DNA of 64,000 nucleotides from Pyrinomonadaceae bacterium (GCA_036745095.1 DAIOGT010000001.1:26201-90200); one strand, 5' to 3'. Counted from the first letter of the stretch, positions 10,301-19,358 are shown. Made by a program: numbers and translations. Notes: generated by a model not told the origin, from the letters alone.

Positions 10301-10698
10301 TGATCGCGCTTATGGGTGTTGATGCCGAAACTGGCATGTTCATGTTGCTCTATCTCGATATCGCCTTTAAGGACGCGAGAGCTAAAGGCCGAATGAGGAA
10401 CTGGAACGACCTGAAAGAGGCGATTCTACACGGGGCAGTAAAGCGACTTCGTCCGAAGGTCATGACCGTCGGTGTGATGTTTACCGGACTGGTGCCAATC
10501 ATGTGGTCAACCGGCAGCGGAGCCGACGTTATGAAGCGCATCGCAGCTCCGATGATCGGCGGCATCTTCACTTCTTTCATTCTCGAGCTGGTGGTCTATC
10601 CGGCAATCTACGCGATCTGGAAGTGGCACTTCGATGTGAAGAAAAATCCTATGCCGCCGTTGATCCAACCAGAGCCGCAGCCGGCTGATTGGAGGTGA
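7384..10698 (+). CDS. cusA: CusA/CzcA-family heavy-metal RND efflux pump (copy 1)
   Basis: 1104 aa. N-terminus MINKIIE...DALPDLSDTQVII. ATDPAPFSMMETVIELKP and [24 protein letters not shown] are Cu/Ag-type (HME4-like) motifs. Confidence 0.95.
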   Translation: MINKIIEICAHNKFMVLLIVGVLTLAGLWSIKNISLDALPDLSDTQVIIYSRWDRSPDIMEDQVTYPIISSLLGVPNVKDIRGFSDFGYSYVYIIFEDGTDIYWARSRTLEYLSNILPRLPEGVNVELARDETAVGWVYEYALVDKTGQNNLAQLRSFQDWHMRYALQAVPGVAEVAPLGGFVKQYQVNVDPNALLAYEIPIERVVEAVRQGNSDVGGRLIEFSGREYMVRGRGYIKKVSDVENIVVGTSKQGGTPILVSNLGTVTLGPDIRRGLADLDGEGDVVGGIVIMRYGENAEKVIQRVRTKLDELKPSLPKGVEIVTTYDRAELIERAVETLKGTLIEELIIVSLIIMIFLWHIPSAIVPIITIPITIIISFIPMYWMGITANIMSLGGIAIAIGAMIDAAIVVVEQTHKKLEHWDAEGRPGSYKDVVITAVKEVGGPSFFALLVIAVAFIPVFTLEGQEGRLFKPLAYTKNFSMAIAAFLAITLDPAIRLLFTHMDPYKFRPKFLAKITNAVLVGKIHSEETHPISRPLMKIYHPVCEFVLRHTWAVIILAVLAVVLTIPIFNRLGSEFMPPLNEGTLLYMPTTLPGISVTQTERLLQVMDKKLKSFPEVERVFGKAGRAETATDPAPFSMMETVIELKPESEWPKVPRWYSSWAPNWVQGILRRAWPDHKSTDELIYGPGGMNEALQLPGVSNAWTMPIKARIDMLTTGVRTPVGIKIMGADLAEVQKLGEHIEMSLKDVPGTKSVFAERAAGGYFLDFTLKREALARYGLTVDQANAVVMSAVGGENVTTTVEGRERYPVNVRYLRDYRSDPDKLSRTFVMAPNGTQIPLGQIAEIQLVTGPAMIRDENGRLSAYVTVDFDTSKRDIGSYVADAKKVLREKVQLPAGYQLIWSGQFESMERVKARLLIVVPITIFLIFMLLYFNTRSIAKTLIILLAVPFSAIGAIWFLYFLDYNMSIAVWVGLIALMGVDAETGMFMLLYLDIAFKDARAKGRMRNWNDLKEAILHGAVKRLRPKVMTVGVMFTGLVPIMWSTGSGADVMKRIAAPMIGGIFTSFILELVVYPAIYAIWKWHFDVKKNPMPPLIQPEPQPADWR

Positions 10699-12443
10699 CT
10701 TTGATTAACGAATTAGCGCCAGCATTGTTTCTGTTCATAGCTGTACTCCTGATCTTTGGAAGTACAAGGGTGGCCCGTCATCGCGGCTTGCCTGAAGCTC
10801 TGGGTTGCGGAGTGGCGCTCTGCATCATCGCGATAGCTATCGGGTTGTCACCGCCGACTTGGCGGGCCGGATGGGCAGGTGGGCCAGGGGGCGATCGTCT
10901 GCTCACCTCTGCGCGAATTGTGGGAATCAGCGGAATGCTTTTCATCGCGGGAACGCGTTTCGATTTCGGTGGAACGGCGCGCCGCATCGGTTTGCTAGTG
11001 AAAGCGGTAATAGTCGCAGGGGTTCTGTTGGTTGTTGCGATGCTGCTGGCGAAATGGATCGGAATGGAGTCAATACCCACGCTCGTCGTCGCTGTTGCTG
11101 TACTCGCAAGTAGCCTGTGGATACCTGCCGAGTTAGCTCGTTTCAAGAAGAGCGAGAACGATGCTTTGCCTACTTGGCAAACAATGGCCTTGGCGTTCAC
11201 CGGATTTGCAGTCTCAGTTATTTACTTCTTTGACGTTTTGTCTATAACGAATCGCACCCAACTGAGCGTGTTCACCTACGTCATTATTGTTTTATTTGAA
11301 GTAGTAAAGCTGTTTGTTCTATTTGGGTTTGCCTATTTTATCTGCAGCAAGTTTCTTGCGCGGGCGCGAGGCCGTATTTCTACCACACGCACCACCATTG
11401 GCTTTGTCCTCATTAGCGTCCTTGTCTTTATACTGATCGCAATCACGACGAACCAGTTGGCAGCCTTCGCCTGGGCCTTCGTTGCGGGAGCGTTGTGGCA
11501 ACAAAGCGAGAGCGGAAGGAAATTTGGGGACGCCTATAGACCGCTGGCCTCCGCGATGTTGATGTCCCTGGCGTTCGCCCCACTGATGTTGCAAACCCAT
11601 GGTCGAGATTTCCGAGGTTTGGGGTTCTTAGCCCTGTTCGTTGTAATCGCAGTTTTCGCAAAAGGTTTTCTTGCCTGGTTCTTGACGCAATCCGGCTCAC
11701 CGCTCCCGACGAGGGGACGTTTGGCGATTTCACTGGCTTTTCCCGGAGAAATCGCAATCGGGATTTTGGGATTCGCAATCACTAGGTGGCCGATCGCCGG
11801 ATCGCCGTACTTCGCTGTTCTAGGCTACGCAATCATTTCAACAGTCCTGATACCGGTCATGTGGACCGAGACCGCAATTGTAAACAACGAGGGAGTTGCG
11901 AGAAGGAGGAGTGCTATGCAAAAGCACATCGGAAAAGTTTTAGCTGTGGCTGTGTTGTTGCTCATGGTGATTTCAGGAACCGCGATAACAAGTTCTGCTC
12001 AGCAGACGCCAAACGACCCTCCTAATCAGCAGATAGAGCTTGGGCGGGGCATGAGTGCAATGACGCCCGGTCTGATGGAGATTGGATCGAAGACGAAGCT
12101 GTTCCTCGTCTTCGGAGACAAACTTCAACTCTCAACCGAACAAAGGAAAGGTCTCGAGGATCTCTATGTCCGAATTCAGACTTATAGCTTCCAACGCGAG
12201 GCTGACCTCGACGTCGCAGACGCCGAGCTGAAGCGATTGCTGACGAGGGACACCGTCGATCTAGGCGCGGTTAAGGCAAAGATGAAGGAGATCGAGACGA
12301 TCCGAGTCGAAGTGAACATGAAGAAGATCGAGACGCTTTTGCAGGCAATCAATGCCCTGACGCACGAGCAACATACGCAAATCGTCCTGTTGGCTCGCGA
12401 TCTTGAGGAAGCCAGTAAACCGCGTGCGCCGATCTACCAATGA
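10689..12443 (+). CDS. multi-pass membrane protein (cation/H+ exchanger-like N-terminus) continuous in frame with a signal-peptide-bearing LTXXQ (Spy/CpxP/ZraP-like) periplasmic domain
   Basis: About 10 hydrophobic helices in aa 1-400. In-frame ATG at 11916 is preceded by AAGGAGG and followed by a signal peptide (KVLAVAVLLLMVISGTAITSSAQQ) and LSTEQ / LTHEQ motifs. There is no stop between the two parts. Confidence 0.5.
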   Translation: MEVTLINELAPALFLFIAVLLIFGSTRVARHRGLPEALGCGVALCIIAIAIGLSPPTWRAGWAGGPGGDRLLTSARIVGISGMLFIAGTRFDFGGTARRIGLLVKAVIVAGVLLVVAMLLAKWIGMESIPTLVVAVAVLASSLWIPAELARFKKSENDALPTWQTMALAFTGFAVSVIYFFDVLSITNRTQLSVFTYVIIVLFEVVKLFVLFGFAYFICSKFLARARGRISTTRTTIGFVLISVLVFILIAITTNQLAAFAWAFVAGALWQQSESGRKFGDAYRPLASAMLMSLAFAPLMLQTHGRDFRGLGFLALFVVIAVFAKGFLAWFLTQSGSPLPTRGRLAISLAFPGEIAIGILGFAITRWPIAGSPYFAVLGYAIISTVLIPVMWTETAIVNNEGVARRRSAMQKHIGKVLAVAVLLLMVISGTAITSSAQQTPNDPPNQQIELGRGMSAMTPGLMEIGSKTKLFLVFGDKLQLSTEQRKGLEDLYVRIQTYSFQREADLDVADAELKRLLTRDTVDLGAVKAKMKEIETIRVEVNMKKIETLLQAINALTHEQHTQIVLLARDLEEASKPRAPIYQ

Positions 12444-12466
12444 GCCGGGTTGAGGAGGTGAGAGAA

Positions 12467-13027
12467 ATGGTTGACCACAATAATTCGACGGCGACTCAGG
12501 TTGCTGAGACCGTAAACAAGGTGACGAATGACGCACGGATGGAGCAGTTGCGGGCGACCGCTCGCAAACATCAAGTCTGTTACGAAGTTTGGCCAGAGCG
12601 GTCAGTTGCCGAAGGGCGCAAAATTCTGATCGGTTTTGAGTTGCAGCTCTGTGGAACAAACAGCCACATAGCCGCAAAAGGAGCGCATCAGCCGGTCCCT
12701 GGTTGTGAGTACTGCCAGAGCACTTACGAAGACCTGCGACAGATCGCTGAGTGGATACTGCCGCGAGAAGAACGACCTTCGCGCTATGAGATAGGCGGGT
12801 TCGATCGTTCTCTGCACATTGCTCCCCATAGTCGGCAGTTGCGAAACGAGGTTGTCGTCTCTATTCATATCATGCACCGGTCGGACTTTAATCGCGAAGT
12901 AGATGACTGTGAAAACCGATGTCTAAAGGAGATGCGCCAGAGGCTCTTACAACTAGGCATTCGTCAGGACCTCTGGCGCGGGGAAAATCGGGTTGAGAAG
13001 GGAGGAAGCGATGAAACTGCTGGATAA
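12467..13027 (+). CDS. hypothetical protein
   Basis: ORF 12440..13027. ATG at 12467 follows GAGGAGG; ATG at 12440 overlaps the upstream stop (ATGA). I recognise no motif (contains PGCEYC). Confidence 0.4.
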   Translation: MVDHNNSTATQVAETVNKVTNDARMEQLRATARKHQVCYEVWPERSVAEGRKILIGFELQLCGTNSHIAAKGAHQPVPGCEYCQSTYEDLRQIAEWILPREERPSRYEIGGFDRSLHIAPHSRQLRNEVVVSIHIMHRSDFNREVDDCENRCLKEMRQRLLQLGIRQDLWRGENRVEKGGSDETAG

Positions 13028-13592
13028 GTTAGAAGCACTGTTCGTCAATCAACCGGAGAGGAAAAAGAACGAGCACCCAAGCTTGTTTGATCGGTTGCGA
13101 AACGTCTTCTTTGCCGCCGAATTTCTCAAAAAAGACCTGCAAGGCATTCCACCATTCTGCCGTTGTGAGGACGCGATTTCTCATTTGGAAGGCCGTTGTA
13201 GCTGTACCAAACGTCCTGCTGGTTCGCAAGCCGAAGAGGTTAGCGCGAAGGGTTGCCTGGCACATCTTGAAACTCTTCGTTTGGATGTCAGATCGCTGCG
13301 CCAATCGCTGCAGCGCCACAGAAACGAGCTGCGGCCCGAAGAAAAAACCGAAGAGGTAAGGCGTGAGCTCTCTCTGATCGAGAATTTTGCGGAAAACATG
13401 GGGTCCATTGTCGAGGAGATCAGGAATCACGCTTCGGAGTGGGAACTTAGCTGCTCCAACGACGCACTCCAGCGATTGAAGGAAAGCAGTTCTGAGTTGG
13501 AAAAATATTCGACGGAGTTCTTCTGGTCTCTGTTGAAGCAGGATCGGGGAGAGCAGATAAACAGTTCGTCGAAAGTCAAGCGGGTTTCATGA
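13011..13592 (+). CDS. Cys/His-rich helical protein, divergent paralog 2 of 3
   Basis: ATG at 13011 follows GAAGGGAGGA. Motif FCRCEDAISHLEGRCSC, then GCLAHLETLRLDV (compare NCSAIIARLRTDL) and LSCSNDAL (compare MNCSITQM). Confidence 0.55.
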   Translation: MKLLDKLEALFVNQPERKKNEHPSLFDRLRNVFFAAEFLKKDLQGIPPFCRCEDAISHLEGRCSCTKRPAGSQAEEVSAKGCLAHLETLRLDVRSLRQSLQRHRNELRPEEKTEEVRRELSLIENFAENMGSIVEEIRNHASEWELSCSNDALQRLKESSSELEKYSTEFFWSLLKQDRGEQINSSSKVKRVS

Positions 13593-13638
13593 GCCGAGAG
13601 AAGGAATAATGGCTTACCGACACGGAAAGGGAAATGAG

Positions 13639-14370
13639 ATGAGTATTAAGTTCGCAATGCGCCTAGCCGTCTGGAGCGCATGTTTTGTGCTTTTGTTTGC
13701 GCTACGGGTCAACGCGCAGGAGTTCACATACAAAGTCGAACAGGATCGTTTGATTGGCCATCGTGATGGCGAGCTGATCATTTCAGATAAAGCTGTCGAG
13801 TACCGCGCGAAGAGAAACAAGGAAAGCCGCGCGTGGACGTACACAGATATCAGACTCCTGGAAATCCTGTCGCCGACGCGCGTGCGCATCTGGACGTACA
13901 AAGACCGCAAGCTGCGGCTGGGCCGCGATCAAAGTCTGACGCTCAAGATTGTCGAAGGACAAATCGATCAGAAAGTCAGCGACTTCTTACGGGAGCGCAT
14001 CGCGCGTCCGTTCGTTACCTCTTTCGCTGAGGAAGATCAAAACGCCCTGGCGCAAATACCGGTGAAGCACTCTCATCGTCTCGGAGGATGCGAAGGACTG
14101 CTGAGGATTTATCCAGATAGATTGGTGTACGAATCTCAAACTGGACATGACTCGCGTAGTTGGCGTTGGACCGACATTCGGTCAGTTGGGCGCTCAGACC
14201 TTTATCGGTTTGATGTAGAGACGTTCGAGCCTCAGCTTGGCGCGTCAAGTCGCAGCTTCAATTTCACTCTGAAAGAACGAATGGCGGACAAGACTTATGA
14301 CTTGATCTGGAGTCGCGTCTATCGCCCGACTCCGCTGATCAGGGCGGGTGAGGGAGTGACCGGAAAGTAG
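13639..14370 (+). CDS. secreted protein with an internal tandem duplication
   Basis: Signal peptide [28 protein letters not shown]. Two ~100-aa repeats share G.L.I......Y......SR[AS]W.[YW]TDIR. Confidence 0.5.
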   Translation: MSIKFAMRLAVWSACFVLLFALRVNAQEFTYKVEQDRLIGHRDGELIISDKAVEYRAKRNKESRAWTYTDIRLLEILSPTRVRIWTYKDRKLRLGRDQSLTLKIVEGQIDQKVSDFLRERIARPFVTSFAEEDQNALAQIPVKHSHRLGGCEGLLRIYPDRLVYESQTGHDSRSWRWTDIRSVGRSDLYRFDVETFEPQLGASSRSFNFTLKERMADKTYDLIWSRVYRPTPLIRAGEGVTGK

Positions 14371-14393
14371 GAATTCTGAAGGACGCTGGAACC

Positions 14394-16154
14394 GTGGCAG
14401 AAGTCAAGACAAGCGGGCGATCGGATTACGCACTGGCCCAAGCGGCCGGAAAGGGCGATATGCACGCCTTTGAAGAACTCTATCTGCGCCACAACCGTCG
14501 CGTGTATTCGCTCTGCTTGCGGATGACGAGAAATGGTACCGATGCTGAGGACCTCGCACAGGAAGTCTTTATCCAGCTCTCTCGCAAGATCGGAAGCTTT
14601 CGCGGCCAAGCGGCCTTCACAACCTGGCTGCATCGGCTGACGGTCAATCAGGTGCTCATGCACTTTCGCAAACGCGGCGTGCGCTTGGAACACACGACCG
14701 AGGAGGGCGAGACACCCGTACAAATCGTCAAAGGGACTGAGAATCATCGGACGATGCCGATCATCGATCGCATTGCGCTGGACGATGCAATCGCGCAACT
14801 GCCGCCGGGCTATCGACTGGTCTTCACGCTGCACGATATCGAAGGGCATGAGCACGCAGAGATTGCGAGGATGCTGGGCCGCACAGTGGGAACCTCGAAG
14901 TCGCAACTGCATAAAGCGCGAATGAAATTACGTTCTTTGTTAAAGCGAAGAGACAAGCCAGGGTTGCCTGGAGATGATGGTGGCAATGGTTCCCTAAAGG
15001 AAATTATGCAGAAGAAAACAACTACGAGAGCGATCACCCAAGTTACGCCAGTAGGCCTTCAAAGCCAACCGGCTCCGCATTGGAGAAATGTCAGTTGGCA
15101 TTTCTCGCTGCTACTTGGCGCACTGTTGTTCCTTACTTTGAGCGCGCAGGGACAGACAGTCGAGTCAAACATTCCAAAGAGCACGACTGCAGACCAAACA
15201 CAAGCGGTAAACATTGAGCACTACCTGGATCGATTGATTTCCAGTGCAGTCATTGCAGGCGACGCAGCCGATGTAATCAAAGAGGCGGACAGTTATCGCA
15301 CTCAGGCAACCCAGAAATTGAAGAACGGGCGTCGCGACGAAGCACGCGCGTTGTTCAGGCAAGCGGGCGAGGTAATTGCAGCCGCCGCCCCCGATGGAGA
15401 CATTAAACGAGAAGATCCTCTACTGCGTGATTATCTGCGAGAGATCACCAGAGAACTGGTTGCGCTCGACTCCGCGAACAACTCGCCGTCAGCCATGTCA
15501 ATTGAAGGAAGCTCTCTCACTGGGAATTACGCCGCGCAGCCACGCATCGCTGCTTTCCTTAGTTACTTTCAGGGCCGAGGAAGAACACGGCTGGAAATTG
15601 GACGAGCGCGCTTCGCTTTATACCAACCAATGATGACGCGAGTTTTCCGCGAGGAAGGTGTGCCCGAATGGTTGCTTGGAGTTGGCTTTGTAGAAAGCAC
15701 TTATAACTCGACAGCACATTCACCGAAAGAGGCCCATGGTATCTGGCAATTTATACCCGGCACAGGAGCGCGCTATGGACTTCGACGTACCGCGTGGACT
15801 GACGAGAGGAGCGATCCGGAAAAATCAACGCGGGCTGCTGCCCGGTATCTTCGTGATCTACACGCTTTGTTTGGCGATTGGCAGCTTGCTTTGGCGGCTT
15901 ACAACTGGGGTGAGGGTCGAGTCGCCAGAGTCATACGTCGGACTGGTATCCGCGACTTTTGGACCATGGCCGAACGGGGTCTGATGCCGCAAGAGACAGC
16001 CAACTATGTGCCCTCGGTACTCGCAGCTTCGCAACTGTTGCTCGGGGGCAATAAAACAGTCGTTGAGGTAAAACCAGCATCAGGATTTTCCTCCGGTCGC
16101 GGTGCTGAAGCTGAACTGAAGCAGGGAAATGATCGCGGCAGGCCGGCGCACTGA
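14394..16154 (+). CDS. ECF sigma-70 factor continuous in frame with a TM segment and an MltD-like lytic transglycosylase (SLT) domain
   Basis: Sigma region 2 ([13 protein letters not shown]...[14 protein letters not shown]) and region 4 ([44 protein letters not shown]). Then [19 protein letters not shown]. Then [10 protein letters not shown]...[11 protein letters not shown]...[10 protein letters not shown] (SLT catalytic Glu motif). Confidence 0.65.
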   Translation: MAEVKTSGRSDYALAQAAGKGDMHAFEELYLRHNRRVYSLCLRMTRNGTDAEDLAQEVFIQLSRKIGSFRGQAAFTTWLHRLTVNQVLMHFRKRGVRLEHTTEEGETPVQIVKGTENHRTMPIIDRIALDDAIAQLPPGYRLVFTLHDIEGHEHAEIARMLGRTVGTSKSQLHKARMKLRSLLKRRDKPGLPGDDGGNGSLKEIMQKKTTTRAITQVTPVGLQSQPAPHWRNVSWHFSLLLGALLFLTLSAQGQTVESNIPKSTTADQTQAVNIEHYLDRLISSAVIAGDAADVIKEADSYRTQATQKLKNGRRDEARALFRQAGEVIAAAAPDGDIKREDPLLRDYLREITRELVALDSANNSPSAMSIEGSSLTGNYAAQPRIAAFLSYFQGRGRTRLEIGRARFALYQPMMTRVFREEGVPEWLLGVGFVESTYNSTAHSPKEAHGIWQFIPGTGARYGLRRTAWTDERSDPEKSTRAAARYLRDLHALFGDWQLALAAYNWGEGRVARVIRRTGIRDFWTMAERGLMPQETANYVPSVLAASQLLLGGNKTVVEVKPASGFSSGRGAEAELKQGNDRGRPAH

Positions 16155-16226
16155 ATTGCTAAAAGGATCTTTTCGCAAAACGGAGTTGGGTAAATCTTCT
16201 GGAGGATCGGAGGCGAAGGAAAAACA

Positions 16227-16634
16227 ATGACAGTTAGTGATATCGCACGACGAAGCGGCGTTCCCGTACATGTCGTGCGCTACTACACACGAATCGGGCT
16301 GCTTAAGCCTTCGCGTAATCCGCGTAATGGGTACAAACAATACGAGGACTCCGATCTTTCGCGGCTGCGATTTATCCGGCAGGCCAAGAGTCTGGGGTAC
16401 AAACTCGATGAGATCGACCGCATTTTTCGAGAAAGCAGCAGGGGAAAGTCACCGTGTCCGATGGTTCGCTGCATCATCGGAAATCGGATTGAAGAGAATA
16501 GACTCAGGTTGAAGGAACTGGCGGCGCTGCAAAGACGAATGGAGCGAGCGCTGGCTAAATGGGCAAAACTGCCCGACGGTAAGCCCGATGGCCACACAGT
16601 TTGCTATCTCATTGAGTCTACGGCCGGCATGTGA
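16227..16634 (+). CDS. MerR-family transcriptional regulator (heavy-metal-responsive type likely)
   Basis: N-terminal wHTH MTVSDIARRSGVPVHVVRYYTRIGLL, coiled-coil dimerisation helix, and Cys residues (SPCPMVRC, TVCY) in the effector region. Confidence 0.85.
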   Translation: MTVSDIARRSGVPVHVVRYYTRIGLLKPSRNPRNGYKQYEDSDLSRLRFIRQAKSLGYKLDEIDRIFRESSRGKSPCPMVRCIIGNRIEENRLRLKELAALQRRMERALAKWAKLPDGKPDGHTVCYLIESTAGM

Positions 16635-16644
16635 ACAACCGGGA

Positions 16645-16677
16645 CTTGACTTGTAAGTTACGCACTGGTTCTAGACT
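16645..16677 (+). promoter_or_regulatory. promoter-like element CTTGAC-N16-GGTTCTAGACT (TTGACT, 20-nt spacer, TAGACT)
   Basis: Lies 11 nt after the merR-family stop and 39 nt before the VWA gene ATG. The same architecture, including an internal CGCAC, recurs at 26523..26555. Confidence 0.5.
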
Positions 16678-16715
16678 TGCTCCTATCGCTAAGGACAAGC
16701 AAGGAGGTCAAGAAG

Positions 16716-17666
16716 ATGTTGAGCAAAAAGAGTCGACTTCTTTGGATGATTTGGGTTGCCTTGGCGGTCACGACGAGCACTCACGCGCAGCAAGACCCTC
16801 CGCTGGAAACCATAAAGATTGATACCAACCTTGTTGTCTTGAGAGTCGCGGTTAACGATCTACAGGGTCGTGCAGCCATTAGCCTCAAACAGGATGGATT
16901 CAAGATCTACGAGGATGGAGTTGAGCAGCAGATAGGCTTCTTCAGCGCGGAAGAGTCACCGGTGAGTTGGGGCCTCGTCTTAGATCGCAGCGGCAGCATG
17001 ATGGGGATGATGAGCGACGTTTATGACGCGGCGTTACACGTTATTGACGAAGGTACAACGCGAGATGAAACCTTCATTTTGACGTTCAACAAGCGTCCCG
17101 ATTTGATTAGTGACTTCACCTCTGATCGACATCGCTTGGAGAACTCGATTCTCGGTTTGCGGGCTGATGGTGAAACCGCTTTGTTCGACGCAATTGAGGT
17201 CGCACTGGATCGGATGAAGCACGCCAGGAACCGCAAGAAAGTACTCGTTGTGGTTACCGACGGCGAGGACAACGCAAGTCGGTTGAAATTTCGCGAATTG
17301 ATCGAGCGCGCGGAAGAAGAAGAGGCAGTGATCTATACCGTTGGCATGTTTGAATCGTCGATGAGTGTCGTGTCGTCACTCATGGGCCGTGGCGATCGGG
17401 ATGCGCAATCTGAATTAAGGAAGCTTGCTGAAGTAACTGGTGCTTCGGCTCACTTCCCAAGGAACGTCGATCAATGCAAGAGCGTGATGCGAGAGATCGC
17501 TCGCGAAGTCAGTCAGCAATACAGCCTGGGCTACTACCCTTTGAATAAGACACGCGACGGCAGGTGGAGAAAGATTCAAGTGAAGGTGAACGAAAGCGGA
17601 GGCCACAAGTATGTAGCCAGGACGCGGTCCGGCTACTACGCTCGCAAAGAGGAACCGCAGAACTAA
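16716..17666 (+). CDS. secreted VWA-domain protein (acidobacterial VWFA-related type)
   Basis: AAGGAGG precedes ATG at 16716. Signal peptide ...TSTHAQQ. MIDAS LVLDRSGSM, then TALFDAI and VVTDGEDNASR. Confidence 0.8.
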   Translation: MLSKKSRLLWMIWVALAVTTSTHAQQDPPLETIKIDTNLVVLRVAVNDLQGRAAISLKQDGFKIYEDGVEQQIGFFSAEESPVSWGLVLDRSGSMMGMMSDVYDAALHVIDEGTTRDETFILTFNKRPDLISDFTSDRHRLENSILGLRADGETALFDAIEVALDRMKHARNRKKVLVVVTDGEDNASRLKFRELIERAEEEEAVIYTVGMFESSMSVVSSLMGRGDRDAQSELRKLAEVTGASAHFPRNVDQCKSVMREIAREVSQQYSLGYYPLNKTRDGRWRKIQVKVNESGGHKYVARTRSGYYARKEEPQN

Positions 17667-17689
17667 AGAAAGGTATCGAGGCTAAGGCA

Positions 17690-18700
17690 ATGATGGATCG
17701 TCGAGCCAGCTCCAAACATATCAAGCGTCTTGTGGCCATTTGCTGTGCCGCTTTCTCGATCATGATTCCCGGAGTGATTGCTCCAGCCCAACAGCAATCA
17801 ACGAGAGATTCTCAGCGATCGGGACAAGGCGTGTCCGCGCGTACCAATTCAGGAAATGATGGTCAGGTAATTGTCAACACGGATTTGGTGACTTTGACCG
17901 TGAGTGTGGTGGACGCTCATGGCCACTACGTGCCCGGCCTCAGCAAGAAGAACTTCACGATTACGGATAACAAAGCTCCGCAGGAGATCACCTTCTTCAG
18001 CGACGCAGACCTGCCCGTGAGCGTGGCTATTGTTTTCGATGTCTCTGGTTCAATGAGCGGCAAGAAGATTGAGCAGGCGAAAGAAGCGCTATCAACCTTC
18101 ATTCAAACCAGTCATCCACAGGATGAGTATTTCCTCATTGGCTTCAACTCGGACCCGGAACTTCTGATTGATGGCTCTCGTGATGGTGACGCAGTCATCA
18201 GAAAACTTTCCTTTGTGGAGCCTCACGGTTCGACCGCACTGTACGATGCGAGCTATCTGGCTCTGGAGCGCGTTATGCGGGGCGCACATATGAAACGGGC
18301 AATCCTAATCATCAGTGATGGTCAGGACAACAACTCGCGCTACAAATTCAGTCAGCTTCGTCGAGCCGTCATGGAGTCTGACGTCATTATGTATGCCATT
18401 GGCATTCAGGGTGGTGTGGGCGGAGTGCTAGCGATGTACGGCAGCCTACTACTTGAAGAGTTGGTCTCGGTTTCCGGTGGTAGGGTCTTCTTCCCGAGAA
18501 AGTCAAGTGGGATGAATGAGGCGCTTGAGCAGATTGCCTTGGAATTGCGACATCAGTATTCAATTGGTTACCGACCGTCGAATTTTACAGCCGATGGCAA
18601 GTGGCATCGTGTCAGAGTCAAGGTGGCGCCACCGCCTGGATTAAATCGTGTGTTCGTGCGCAACCGCGAGGGCTATTACGCGGTTGGATCGCTGCGCTGA
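17690..18700 (+). CDS. secreted VWA-domain protein (second copy)
   Basis: Signal peptide ...[21 protein letters not shown], then TALYDAS and [11 protein letters not shown]. Paralogous to 16716..17666. Confidence 0.8.
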   Translation: MMDRRASSKHIKRLVAICCAAFSIMIPGVIAPAQQQSTRDSQRSGQGVSARTNSGNDGQVIVNTDLVTLTVSVVDAHGHYVPGLSKKNFTITDNKAPQEITFFSDADLPVSVAIVFDVSGSMSGKKIEQAKEALSTFIQTSHPQDEYFLIGFNSDPELLIDGSRDGDAVIRKLSFVEPHGSTALYDASYLALERVMRGAHMKRAILIISDGQDNNSRYKFSQLRRAVMESDVIMYAIGIQGGVGGVLAMYGSLLLEELVSVSGGRVFFPRKSSGMNEALEQIALELRHQYSIGYRPSNFTADGKWHRVRVKVAPPPGLNRVFVRNREGYYAVGSLR

Positions 18701-18860
18701 CCAAGGAGAGGGCTTTATGACTCGCGAGAATGACTTGTGCACCCGGTCGCGAGGTGGGGAGCGGCACCAGGGTGTGCACAGGCTATCAGCGGTCTCGCTG
18801 GCAAGGGGAGGCCAGAGTTGGGCCGCTGATAGCCGGGTTTCCAGACGCAAAGAGCGAAAC

Positions 18861-19343
18861 ATGAAAAACGTTGAAGTGGAAAAATCGGCACACAGTTTTG
18901 GATCATCTGGTTTGGCCCGACCGAGTAGGCGAAGTTTCTTCGACTACCTGTTGGGAACCAGCGTGGTCGCGACCCTGGGTGCGATCCTTTATCCCATATT
19001 CAAGTTCATGTCTCCGCCCCAAGTGATCGAATCGACCGAAACTTCAGTGGTGGCTGCAAAGATAAGCGAGGTGCCAATCAACTCCGGCAAGATATTCAAG
19101 TTCGGTAGCAAGCCGGGCATCATCATTCGGACTGCCTCAGGAGAGCTAAAAGCGTGCTCGGCGGTATGCACTCACCTCGACTGCATCGTGCAGTATCGCC
19201 CTGACTTTAAGCATATCTGGTGCGCTTGTCACAACGGACATTACAACGTAGATGGTGCAAATATCAGTGGACCACCGCCGCGGCCACTCGAACAATACAC
19301 AGTGAACACTCGGGGCGACGAGATTGTGGTTAGCAAGTCATAA
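18861..19343 (+). CDS. Rieske [2Fe-2S] domain protein with a Tat-like RR signal/anchor
   Basis: [11 protein letters not shown], a TM segment, and CTHLDC...CACHNGHY (CxH...CxxH Rieske ligands). ATG at 18861; the longer track ORF start is rejected. Confidence 0.8.
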   Translation: MKNVEVEKSAHSFGSSGLARPSRRSFFDYLLGTSVVATLGAILYPIFKFMSPPQVIESTETSVVAAKISEVPINSGKIFKFGSKPGIIIRTASGELKACSAVCTHLDCIVQYRPDFKHIWCACHNGHYNVDGANISGPPPRPLEQYTVNTRGDEIVVSKS

Positions 19344-19358
19344 ATTGGGGTAAGAGCT

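Noticed and set aside
14319-14912. 197-aa - strand ORF
   Set aside because: It lies antisense to clear ECF sigma region 2/4 motifs on the + strand.
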